Shown piece by piece: positions 56,321 to 64,000 of a stretch of 64,000 nucleotides of DNA; within the stretch, counting starts at the first letter, position 1; the number at the start of each line of letters is the position of its first letter. The notes below the pieces were generated by a model, which saw only the letters and a program-made list of their open reading frames with translations, was not told where the DNA came from and made no database searches. Where the stretch lies: NCBI GenBank assembly GCA_016198125.1, contig JACQJG010000018.1, forward strand, positions 2,843 through 66,842. Direction: 5' to 3'. The position numbers and the translations under genes were made by a program. Source of the DNA: Candidatus Iainarchaeum sp. (GTDB lineage Archaea > Iainarchaeota > Iainarchaeia > Iainarchaeales > VGJJ01).

Positions 56321-58066
56321 ATGATGACGTTTTCGGAGAAGCGCTTGGCGCGTTTTTCGCAGGAAATCGCGCGCCTTATTCAGTCCAGGGAAATAAGAAC
56401 GGCTTCTGAGTTGAACGTGGCCAAGCTGCGCGTGGCCAGGCATACACAGGTTTTGGATTTGCCCACAAACCCGGATATTCTTTCCATGCTTGAAAACCCT
56501 TCGCCGCAGGTAAAGGCATTTCTTTCAATAAAACCGGTGCGCACTTTGAGCGGGGTGTCTCCTCTTGCCATCATGGGTGCGCCCATTGCGTGTGCCCATG
56601 GCAAGTGCACGTTTTGCCCGGGAGGCCCTGGAAGCGTTTTTGGGGACGTGCCTCAGAGTTACACTGGAAACGAGCCGGCTTCCATGCGTGCTGTACGCAA
56701 TGACTTTGACCCGTACCTTCAAACGTTCAATCGTTTGGCCCAGTACATTGTTTTGGGGCATTGCCCTGAAAAAGTGGAATTCATTTTCATGGGCGGCACG
56801 TTTCCCTCGTTTCCAGGAGAATATCGCTGCTCATTTGCAGGATTTGCATTCAAGGCCTTGAACGATTTTTCGGATGCATTTTTTTTCAACAATGAATTAA
56901 ACTGGCGTTCGTTTAACGAGTTTTTTGAATTTCCCCACCCGTTTGGAGAAAAGCCATTCCAGGAGCGCGTGCGCGCACGCATTCTTGCCTTGAAGGGTTT
57001 TGATTCCCCTTCCCTTGAACGCGAGCACGCACGCAACGAGTCTTCCATTATCCGCGGGGTTGGGTTGTGCATTGAAACAAAGCCTGACTGGTGCTTGCAG
57101 GCCCAGGTCAATGACATGCTTTTTTTGGGATGTACACGGATTGAGTTGGGCGTGCAGTGCCTGGATGATGAAATCCTGCGCAAAACCAATCGCGGGCACT
57201 CATTGGAGCAATCCATTGAAGCCACTCAACTGGCAAAAGACGCATTTCTAAAAGTGGGGTATCACATGATGCCCGGCCTTCCAGGTTCATCGTTGGAATC
57301 GGATATGAAAATGTTTGAAGAACTGTTTTCCAACCCTTCATTCAAGCCGGATGCGCTTAAAATTTACCCGTGCACGGTTGTGAAAGGCACGCCGCTGTAT
57401 GAACAATGGGTTCAAGGGGCGTTTACTCCTATTTCAGTGGAGGACGCTGTGCGTGTAATTGTACATGCAAAAAAGTTCATTCCTGAGTGGTGCCGTATTC
57501 ACCGTATTCAAAGGGACATTCCTTCCCCCCTTATTTCTGCAGGCGTGAACCGCACGAACCTGCGGCAATACGTGGAAGCAGCCCTGCGCGCGCAACGCAT
57601 GGAGTGCCGTTGCCTGCGCTGCCGGGAAGCCGGGTTGGCCGCAAAATCCAATCCCGTTGAAATTCTTTCAGGGGATCTGGAACTGCGTGTACGCTATTAC
57701 TCTGCAAGCAAGGGCTTGGAAGCATTCATTTCATTGGAGGATTCTTTGAATGACGTGGTGCTGGGTTTTTGCAGGGTGCGCCTGCCTTTCCAATGCGTGC
57801 GCCCTGAGATAACGCCTCGTTCAGCGGGCGTGCGCGAACTTCATACGTTTGGCCGCGCGCTTTCAATTGACGGTGTTTCCGAGAAAAGGTCTTTTCAGCA
57901 CAAGGGCGTTGGAAAGATGCTTATGGCCGAGGCTGAGCGTTTGGCCAAAGAGGAATGGGATTGCAGGAAGCTCGTTGTCATCAGCGGCGTGGGAGTGAGG
58001 CCCTATTACATTCAAAAACTGGGTTATTCCAGGGATGGCGTGTACGTGTCCAAGCGCCTTGAGTAA
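56321..58066 (+). CDS. elp3: Elongator complex protein 3 homolog (radical-SAM plus GNAT tRNA-modification enzyme)
   Basis: Radical-SAM cluster motif CAHGKCTFCPGG (C-x4-C-x2-C) and a C-terminal acetyltransferase motif QHKGVGKMLMAEAERLA. Confidence 0.85.
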   Translation: MMTFSEKRLARFSQEIARLIQSREIRTASELNVAKLRVARHTQVLDLPTNPDILSMLENPSPQVKAFLSIKPVRTLSGVSPLAIMGAPIACAHGKCTFCPGGPGSVFGDVPQSYTGNEPASMRAVRNDFDPYLQTFNRLAQYIVLGHCPEKVEFIFMGGTFPSFPGEYRCSFAGFAFKALNDFSDAFFFNNELNWRSFNEFFEFPHPFGEKPFQERVRARILALKGFDSPSLEREHARNESSIIRGVGLCIETKPDWCLQAQVNDMLFLGCTRIELGVQCLDDEILRKTNRGHSLEQSIEATQLAKDAFLKVGYHMMPGLPGSSLESDMKMFEELFSNPSFKPDALKIYPCTVVKGTPLYEQWVQGAFTPISVEDAVRVIVHAKKFIPEWCRIHRIQRDIPSPLISAGVNRTNLRQYVEAALRAQRMECRCLRCREAGLAAKSNPVEILSGDLELRVRYYSASKGLEAFISLEDSLNDVVLGFCRVRLPFQCVRPEITPRSAGVRELHTFGRALSIDGVSEKRSFQHKGVGKMLMAEAERLAKEEWDCRKLVVISGVGVRPYYIQKLGYSRDGVYVSKRLE

Positions 58067-58110
58067 GCCTGACGGCACAGGGGCACGTTGCTTAATATTA
58101 TATAGTAGAG

Positions 58111-58476
58111 TTGTGCAATGGCTTAGACATGCCAAAGCACTTGGTCGCGTTTTTGGGGATTGGGAAGGGCAGTTGGGGTCATGTGGCGCGGTTAATTGCC
58201 GAGGAGTCTTTTGATGCCATTACGCTTATTTCCAATGAATGGGGCAGGCAGAATTTTACGCCCAAGAAGCCTGTGAACTGGTTGATGGTCAACACGCGTG
58301 CAAGTTTTGAATTGCTGAAAAGCGAGTTGAGTGAAAAGCTTCCATCCGGGGAACTGGTAGTGTCGCTTATTTCAGGTTCTGGAAAAGAGCACATTGCCTT
58401 GTTGGCCGCGCTCAAGGAGCGCAAGCAGGAATACCAGTTGGTGGTTCTTACTGGAGAGGGCACCAAATACTTTTAA
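58111..58476 (+). CDS. Hypothetical protein
   Basis: 121-aa ORF. The likely start is MPKHLVAF (58129). Confidence 0.35.
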   Translation: MCNGLDMPKHLVAFLGIGKGSWGHVARLIAEESFDAITLISNEWGRQNFTPKKPVNWLMVNTRASFELLKSELSEKLPSGELVVSLISGSGKEHIALLAALKERKQEYQLVVLTGEGTKYF

Positions 58477-58497
58477 TGGGCTTGAGTTGATTGACCC

Positions 58498-58860
58498 ATG
58501 GACTTTTTTTTCCTTGTGTTTTTGGCCGCGCTTGTTTTTGGCATTGGGTTTTTCTTGGCGCTTGCATATGCCTTTCACGTGCGCAACGCGTTGAGCGAAG
58601 TGTCTTTTGCCAAGGACAGCCAGTCCGTAAAGTATGGGAAGCTGTCCGAGCAGTGGATTCCGTTTTCGGAGCGCTTCCCTTATTCCAGGGAAAATTTTCG
58701 TTTCATTGGTTCTCCCATTGACGGCATTGCATTTGAGGATGAAAAAATTGTTTTCGTTGAATTCAAGTCAAATTCCTCTCCATTGTCCCGGCGCCAGGAA
58801 AATGTTAAACGTTTGGTAAACGAAAAACGCGTGGAATGGTTTGAATTGCGCGCCAAGTGA
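58498..58860 (+). CDS. Membrane-anchored endonuclease distantly related to Hjc (COG4741-like)
   Basis: An N-terminal TM (FFLVFLAALVFGIGFFLALAYAF), then an Hjc-like core (GSPIDGIAFEDEKIVFVEFKSNSS...QENVKRL). Confidence 0.55.
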   Translation: MDFFFLVFLAALVFGIGFFLALAYAFHVRNALSEVSFAKDSQSVKYGKLSEQWIPFSERFPYSRENFRFIGSPIDGIAFEDEKIVFVEFKSNSSPLSRRQENVKRLVNEKRVEWFELRAK

Positions 58861-58874
58861 AGTTGGCGCTAACT

Positions 58875-59933
58875 TTACCTTATTTTGAACCGGAGCAGTG
58901 CCCCAACCCCGCTTAGCCCGTCCAATTGTTTTCCAGGGTCGTGTTCGCTTGCAAGAATGTGCGCGTTTGCGTGCGTGGACTCTGCAAGGTCCAATAATGC
59001 TTCGGCTTCTTTCTTGTTTTCTGCAAGGAGTTTGTCGGTTAACAGGAGTTCTTCTACAGCGCCCATTTCAAGGGCTTCGCGCACATCTTGTATTCCATAT
59101 GCAATCAGCCCCCTGTTTTTTCCAAGTTCTTCCAGTATTTTTTCAATGAGTTTTGCGTCTTTGGCTATTTCCATTTCGTGAATGGTGCGTTCAATAATTC
59201 CCTGGGTTAACAGTTCATGCATGCCCGTGGTTCCGGTGGAGTTCAACGATTCGAATACGAGTGTTTTTTCGCGTTGCAGTTGTTCCATTTTGTGGGTTTT
59301 TTCAAGCCATTTTTGAAGGTTGTTTTTCGTGAACCCTGGGCCTGCAACCACGGTTTTTTTCAGGGGGCTTTCTTTTATTTTTTCAAAGAGTTCCTGGTAG
59401 TATTTTTCAACGCTTCCTTCTCCGTGCATGCGTTTTCCTGTTTTGAATCCTTGCACGCGGAATTTTTCCTGCAACCCGTAATCGGATAGTTCTGCGAAAT
59501 CCGCTTGTTCGTCGTCCAAAACGCACAACAGGACTTTTGGTTTTTTCATGGACTGTTCTGCTTTTCTCAAACGGTCAACTTGGTAGGCCTTCCATTGTTC
59601 TTTTTTTACGCGTAATGGTTTTCCAAGTTCTGCTTCCAGGGAATGAAAGGCGTGCAATTCAACCAGTTCTGCCGGGCTTCCATATTCAATGGTTCCATTG
59701 ATGCGCAGGCTTTCCGAGTGGCGCTGGAATTCAACGTTTTGCACGCGGATTTGCAGGTTCATGGCAATGCGTTTGGCTTTTTCGCCTTCTTCTTTTCCCT
59801 TGATTTTCCGGTCCGTGCTGCCGCTCACCAGGTCTCCTTTTTCAATGACTTTTTCCAGGTGCCATAAGTCATCCAATACCTGGGGCACAAGCGTCATTTC
59901 TTGTTCTTTCATGTTCACGCGCGCGATTTTCAT
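58875..59933 (-). CDS. pelA: Pelota (Dom34) mRNA surveillance factor
   Basis: MKI...LVPQVLDDLWHLEKVIEKGDLVSGSTDRK at the N-terminus, then the central and eRF1-like C-terminal domains. Confidence 0.8.
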   Translation of the reverse strand: MKIARVNMKEQEMTLVPQVLDDLWHLEKVIEKGDLVSGSTDRKIKGKEEGEKAKRIAMNLQIRVQNVEFQRHSESLRINGTIEYGSPAELVELHAFHSLEAELGKPLRVKKEQWKAYQVDRLRKAEQSMKKPKVLLCVLDDEQADFAELSDYGLQEKFRVQGFKTGKRMHGEGSVEKYYQELFEKIKESPLKKTVVAGPGFTKNNLQKWLEKTHKMEQLQREKTLVFESLNSTGTTGMHELLTQGIIERTIHEMEIAKDAKLIEKILEELGKNRGLIAYGIQDVREALEMGAVEELLLTDKLLAENKKEAEALLDLAESTHANAHILASEHDPGKQLDGLSGVGALLRFKIR

Positions 59934-60198
59934 ATGAACCCAACACTTAACCTTTTTAAGGCCTTTTAACCCTTTTCCTTTTTATGGTTGCGCGCATGGG
60001 CCTTGGATTGGTGGGAGTGGGATTGATCCTGCTTTTGGGCGTTTTTTCATGGCTTGGCGGTTTTGCGAATCCCTTGAATGCCGTGCTGGGCATGGTGAGT
60101 GCAGTGGTGTTGGGTATAGTGGTGTTGGTGGGCGCTTCCCTTGTTTTTGTGGGATGGTTTTTTCTTTCAGGCTGAATTTTTTTGCAGGTTGAACGTTT

Positions 60199-61995
60199 AT
60201 GGGTTCCATTATTCCGCAGGGGCGCGTGCGCATTGCAGTGTTGGACAAGGCCGTGTGCATTAACGGCCAGGGGTGTGACTTGTTGTGCCAGCGCGTGTGC
60301 CCGGTCAACAAGGTTGGAAAGGATTGCATTACGGTTGGTTCAGACAATAAACCTGTGATTTCAGAGGAGTTGTGCATTGGGTGCAAGATTTGCGAGCACA
60401 AGTGTCCGGTGAAATGTATTTCCATTGTGAATCTTTCCATGGACCTTGGAAGGCCCTTGCACTCGTTTGGCGAGAACAGTTTTCGCCTGCACCGCCTGCC
60501 GGTTCCAAAGCAGGGGCAGGTAGTGGGTTTGATTGGCCGCAATGGCATTGGGAAGTCCACTGCATTTAAAGTGCTTTCAAACCACCTTGTGCCCAACTTG
60601 GGAGCGTTTTCAAATGAAGCTCCCGCGCGTGAGGCCGTGCTTTCCGCGTTCAAGGGCAAGGAGTTGTACCCGTGGTTTTTCCTGTTGTACAACAAGGGAT
60701 TGAAGACTGCGTTCAAGCCCCAGCAAGTGGACGTGTTAGGCCGGGCGTTGAAGGGTTCGGTGCAGGATGTGTTACGGAAAGCAGACGAAACCAACCGTTT
60801 TGATGCAGTGGTGAAGGCATTGCATTTGGAGGCATTGCTTGAACGTGAAGTGTCTCACTTGTCTGGAGGCGAACTTCAAAAGCTTGCCATTGGCATTGCC
60901 GGGTTGAGAAAAGCCGGGGTTTACTTTTTTGATGAACCTTCTTCTTACTTGGATATTCGCGAGCGTTTGCGCAGTGCAACGTTTATTCGAAGCCTGGCCC
61001 GGGACGCGGCAGTGTTCGTGGTAGAGCATGACCTCATTCTGTTAGACTATTTGAGTGAGTACGTGCACTTGTTGTATGGAAAACCGAGCGTGTTTGGCGT
61101 GGTATCCCAAGTGAAGGGGGTGAGGGAGGGGTTGAATACGTACCTGGAAGGATATTCCAGGGAAGAGAATTACCGTTTTCGTGCTTTTCCCATTGAATTT
61201 GAAGTAAGAGACGCTCGAACGTATGCACAGGGCGTTAAAAAAGTGGAATGGCCTGGGCTTTTCAAGCGCCTGGATTCTTTTTCACTGGAAGTGGAGCCCA
61301 ACGGGTTGAATGCAGGAGAAGTGGTTGGAGTAGTGGGCCCCAACGGCATTGGAAAAACCACGTTTGTGAAAATGCTTGCAGGCGTTTTAACTCCTGATAA
61401 AGGAACGGTTCCAGCGCATGTATCCGTGGCCTACAAGCCGCAGTATGTGGAAGGCCATTCTCCTGAAAGCGTTGAAAGCGTTTTGCGGTCCAAAATTCCT
61501 GGGTTTGATTCCAAGGAATTTCACAATGGAATCGGTATTCCATTGGAGTTAAACGCATTGCTTGACCGTCCTTTGAACGTGCTTTCAGGGGGGGAATTGC
61601 AGCGCGTGGCCCTTGCCTTGTGTTTGGGTTTGGAGGCTGAATTGTATGTATTGGATGAGCCTTCTGCCCACTTGGATGTGGAACAGCGGTTGGCGGTTGT
61701 GAAAGCATTGCGTGGCGTTGCAGACCAGCGCAAGGCTTCCATGCTGGTAGTAGACCATGATTTATTGTTCTTGGATTACGCGGCAGACCGTTTAATGGTG
61801 TTTTCAGGCGAGCCTGCGGTTCAAGGCAAAGGCGTTGGGCCTTTACCCATGGAGGAGGGCATGAACGTGTTGTTGAAAGAGTTGGGCATTACTCTTAGAA
61901 GAGACTCTTCTTCTCACAGGCCGCGCATCAACAAACCAGGGTCTCAAAAGGACGAAGAACAAAAAGCCAGCGGGCACTATTATTATACAAACTGA
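60199..61995 (+). CDS. abcE1: ABCE1 (RNase L inhibitor) ribosome-recycling ATPase
   Basis: N-terminal 4Fe-4S ferredoxin cysteines (CINGQGCDLLCQRVCP, CIGCKICEHKCP), and two ABC cassettes with GRNGIGKST / GPNGIGKTT and LSGGELQ signatures. Confidence 0.9.
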   Translation: MGSIIPQGRVRIAVLDKAVCINGQGCDLLCQRVCPVNKVGKDCITVGSDNKPVISEELCIGCKICEHKCPVKCISIVNLSMDLGRPLHSFGENSFRLHRLPVPKQGQVVGLIGRNGIGKSTAFKVLSNHLVPNLGAFSNEAPAREAVLSAFKGKELYPWFFLLYNKGLKTAFKPQQVDVLGRALKGSVQDVLRKADETNRFDAVVKALHLEALLEREVSHLSGGELQKLAIGIAGLRKAGVYFFDEPSSYLDIRERLRSATFIRSLARDAAVFVVEHDLILLDYLSEYVHLLYGKPSVFGVVSQVKGVREGLNTYLEGYSREENYRFRAFPIEFEVRDARTYAQGVKKVEWPGLFKRLDSFSLEVEPNGLNAGEVVGVVGPNGIGKTTFVKMLAGVLTPDKGTVPAHVSVAYKPQYVEGHSPESVESVLRSKIPGFDSKEFHNGIGIPLELNALLDRPLNVLSGGELQRVALALCLGLEAELYVLDEPSAHLDVEQRLAVVKALRGVADQRKASMLVVDHDLLFLDYAADRLMVFSGEPAVQGKGVGPLPMEEGMNVLLKELGITLRRDSSSHRPRINKPGSQKDEEQKASGHYYYTN

Positions 61996-62193
61996 CGCTA
62001 CCTGCCAACCACCAGTCCAACGGATTGTTGGGCGATGACATAGGCAATTCCCAGGAGTAGTGCAAGGGTTAAAACGAGCATGATTTTTTCAAATAATTTG
62101 AAGGACAGCTCGCCCATAAGCAAACAACTAAGGGCGGGTGATATTTATACGTTTCTATTTTGCGTTTGAATGCATGCATAAGGCAGTCGGGCA

Positions 62194-63720
62194 TCACGTG
62201 TAACACGCTTTAATGCTGTATGTGAGTGTTTCTTTGGAGTGGGGTTTTACGTGCGCCGTGAACTCGTAATCAAGCGTGTTTCCATAATTTGGAGGGGTGC
62301 TTCCGATTTTTTCGTAGGGGTGCGTGGACTCGCTTATTACAACGTCTCCATACGCGTGCTCAAGGACTTTTACGGTGACTTCCTGGTCTTTGCTGTTTGT
62401 GAGTGTGGTTTCATACTTTGAAAGCGTGCACTTCAGGGAAGTGTTTTCCTGGCTGGTGAGTTTGCGTTCTCCTTTCAGGTCAAACGCGTTTCCAAGGGTG
62501 AGTGTGACTTCATTGTCCTGCCCGGTGTTGGCAATCAAGTCTTCTCCTGCAAACTGAATCGCAGAATCTTTTCCTGTTTGGTAGAAGCGTGCAATTCCGC
62601 TTGGAAGAGGAATGCCCAACCCGTTCTCTTTTGTATTCTTGAATTTAATGGTGTTCGTAACCTTTTCTCCGTTGTACTGCCCGTCATACGCGTATTCCTG
62701 CGTGTAACTTACATTGCTGGACTTGAACAAAGTAATGTCTGTAGAAGACTGGTCTTGAATGCTTACAGGGGCTGTGAGCGCGTATTCATAGTATTCTCCC
62801 AATTCCGTGGGGGCATTGAATCCTTCAATGCCTGCAGTTGCAGGTGCTCCGGCTGCATCAAAGGCTTTTTGGAATGTCCTGGGATAGCCTTGGCTTACTG
62901 TTCGAAGGTCTCCTGCCACAATTTTAAGCTGTACATTTTCATAGGATGCTCCCGCGTTGTTAGTCAGGTGCGCATTGGCAGTAAGGTCCAGCGTATTGTT
63001 TTCCTTCAATTGAAGAGTATAGGCTCCACTCCAGGTCATTCCGGTTGTGAGGTATGCGAGTTGCGTGTCATACGTGTTTGGCGCAGGCGCGTTCACTACC
63101 AGGGTTAACGTGGGCTGCGTGGAAAGCGTTCCTGAAACGTCAGGAAAGGTAATGCTTTGCACGTTGTAAATGCTTACAATTCCATTGCCTGTTTCAAGTC
63201 CAATGGGATTGGTGAAAATGAGTTTTCCTGTAATGGTTTTGTTTTCATTCTTTGAATCGGTTTCTACGGTAATGGTTTGATTCAGGTATTTTTCCAGTAA
63301 TTTTTCCTGGCTTGCCACGTCATAGGAATACGTGTGCTGCACCAATTGGGCCTTGTTTCCTGAAAGGTCTTGGAACAGCACGGTTTCCGCGTTTAATTGC
63401 TTGGCCACGGAATCCCATGCAATTGTATTTATTCCCTGAACCAGCGTGAGAGGCCTTTTTTCTTTTACGAGTGCAAGGTTTTGCTGGTAAACCGTTAATT
63501 CCACGTTTTGGTTCTGGGTTTGCTGGAAATTCGCGGTTGGAGTGTTGGGTTGTTGCACATGCACTCCTTGCAGGGCGCTGTATTCCATGGACGCTTGGGG
63601 TTTAAGCGTGTCACTGTTTGAAGTTTCTTGAAGGGTAAGTGCAAGGCCCAAGGCAATGATTCCAATGACAAGCGCAATTCCAAGCGTTCTCATGTACTCC
63701 ATTTTCATACCCCTATTCAA
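62194..63720 (-). CDS. Secreted DUF4139-family protein
   Basis: 508 aa with an N-terminal TM/signal (LGIALVIGIIALGLALTL) and beta-rich repeats. The general look matches the DUF4139/DUF4140 family of exported proteins. Confidence 0.5.
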   Translation of the reverse strand: MNRGMKMEYMRTLGIALVIGIIALGLALTLQETSNSDTLKPQASMEYSALQGVHVQQPNTPTANFQQTQNQNVELTVYQQNLALVKEKRPLTLVQGINTIAWDSVAKQLNAETVLFQDLSGNKAQLVQHTYSYDVASQEKLLEKYLNQTITVETDSKNENKTITGKLIFTNPIGLETGNGIVSIYNVQSITFPDVSGTLSTQPTLTLVVNAPAPNTYDTQLAYLTTGMTWSGAYTLQLKENNTLDLTANAHLTNNAGASYENVQLKIVAGDLRTVSQGYPRTFQKAFDAAGAPATAGIEGFNAPTELGEYYEYALTAPVSIQDQSSTDITLFKSSNVSYTQEYAYDGQYNGEKVTNTIKFKNTKENGLGIPLPSGIARFYQTGKDSAIQFAGEDLIANTGQDNEVTLTLGNAFDLKGERKLTSQENTSLKCTLSKYETTLTNSKDQEVTVKVLEHAYGDVVISESTHPYEKIGSTPPNYGNTLDYEFTAHVKPHSKETLTYSIKACYT

Positions 63721-63805
63721 TAGTAGTATGCAGGCGCCGCCTATTTAATCCTTTTTATTTTTAACGGGAAAACCCTTTTCATGGTTTTCGTTTAATATAC
63801 CTCAT

Positions 63806-64000
63806 ATGAGCGAGCGCACCGTTTTATGGTTGAATGACCTGCAGAAGGCATGGGAGTCTGCAGTGGAACGCTTAACCGTATCATATATGCGTCCCTGTGT
63901 GTTTTTTTCAGGGGGGTTGGATTCATCCTGGATTGCCTTTTCGCTTAAACGCCTTTTTCCTTCAATGCCGTTGGTGGTTGTGGGCTTGAAGGGCTGTTTG
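63806..64000 (+). CDS. PP-loop ATP pyrophosphatase family protein (partial, continues past window end)
   Basis: MSERTVLWLNDLQKAWESAVERL...VFFSGGLDSS carries the SGGxDS PP-loop. Confidence 0.5.
   Translation, partial: MSERTVLWLNDLQKAWESAVERLTVSYMRPCVFFSGGLDSSWIAFSLKRLFPSMPLVVVGLKGCL

Noticed and set aside
59982-60794. 270-aa minus-strand ORF
   Set aside because: It lies entirely antisense to the N-terminal ferredoxin/ABC region of ABCE1 (60199-61995), which has unmistakable motifs. Its composition (P/S/T/C-rich) is not protein-like.
1-64000. CRISPR arrays and rRNA genes
   Set aside because: No regularly spaced direct repeats of 24-40 nt and no rRNA-like conserved segments were seen on either strand.

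Overview
This is a 64-kb archaeal chromosomal segment, about 50% GC and roughly 90% coding. The lineage cannot be decided from sequence alone. The tRNAs lack an encoded CCA, and the marker genes are archaeal: Hjc, Pth2, aEF1B, eIF6, archaeal DnaG, class-I CCA enzyme, RpoK, NurA/HerA/Rad50, Pelota, ABCE1 and Elp3.

Gene content in order:
- **1-7.5 kb (minus strand):** a conserved information-processing array of SRP54 (partial), FtsY, prefoldin alpha, ribosomal protein LX, eIF6, eL31, eL39, a PDCD5-like DNA-binding protein, eS19, RNase P Rpp21, a 358-aa helical protein and a PEP-utilizing-enzyme mobile-domain protein.
- **7.5-9.3 kb:** a frameshifted TauD/TfdA-family dioxygenase and a wHTH-like gene that is split across two reading frames.
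- **9.4-17.7 kb:** three tRNA-Gly isoacceptors (TCC, CCC, GCC). An F420/NADP reductase-like gene sits between the first two. Nearby is a bacterial-type MetK interrupted by a ~450-aa LAGLIDADG intein.
- **13.9-19.8 kb:** a GNAT-like paralog pair, a histidine phosphatase, and a degraded paralog of the PEP-utilizer gene (three fragments).
- **19.8-28.1 kb:** a lipoylation / 2-oxoacid dehydrogenase cluster of lipA, E1 alpha, E1 beta, E2, and split lplA/lplB. No E3 is present. A His/Cys-rich membrane protein, a CcdA-like thiol-disulfide transporter and an ATP-cone protein are embedded between E1 beta and E2.
- **28.1-30.8 kb:** tRNA-Val followed by a DNA-methyltransferase-like gene.
- **30.8-47.6 kb:** DnaG, a DUF167 (YggU) protein, Hjc, a circularly permuted GTPase, Pth2, NurA, an RHH-PIN toxin-antitoxin pair, a ROK kinase, HerA, a 533-aa unknown protein, RpoK, eS17, Rad50 (opposite strand, no Mre11 visible), aEF1B and a Zn-ribbon protein.
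- **47.7-49.9 kb:** tRNA-Arg followed by a small islet of an SRPBCC protein, an HExxH protein and a VapBC-like pair.
- **49.9-64.0 kb:** a cyclic-2,3-diphosphoglycerate synthetase-like P-loop protein, the CCA-adding enzyme, a FlaI/VirB11-family ATPase, LigT, Elp3, a membrane-anchored Hjc-like nuclease, Pelota, ABCE1, a DUF4139 secreted protein and a partial PP-loop ATPase.

No rRNA or CRISPR array was seen.

All four apparent gene disruptions fall in homopolymer tracts, so they may be assembly indels rather than real pseudogenes.

No single obviously novel system stands out. The strongest candidates for follow-up are the intein-bearing bacterial-type MetK; the E3-less dehydrogenase cluster with embedded redox-membrane genes; the PEP-utilizer plus helical-protein pair with its decayed paralog; Lys-rich C-terminal extensions on three ribosomal proteins; and the dispersed NurA/HerA/Rad50 genes without Mre11.
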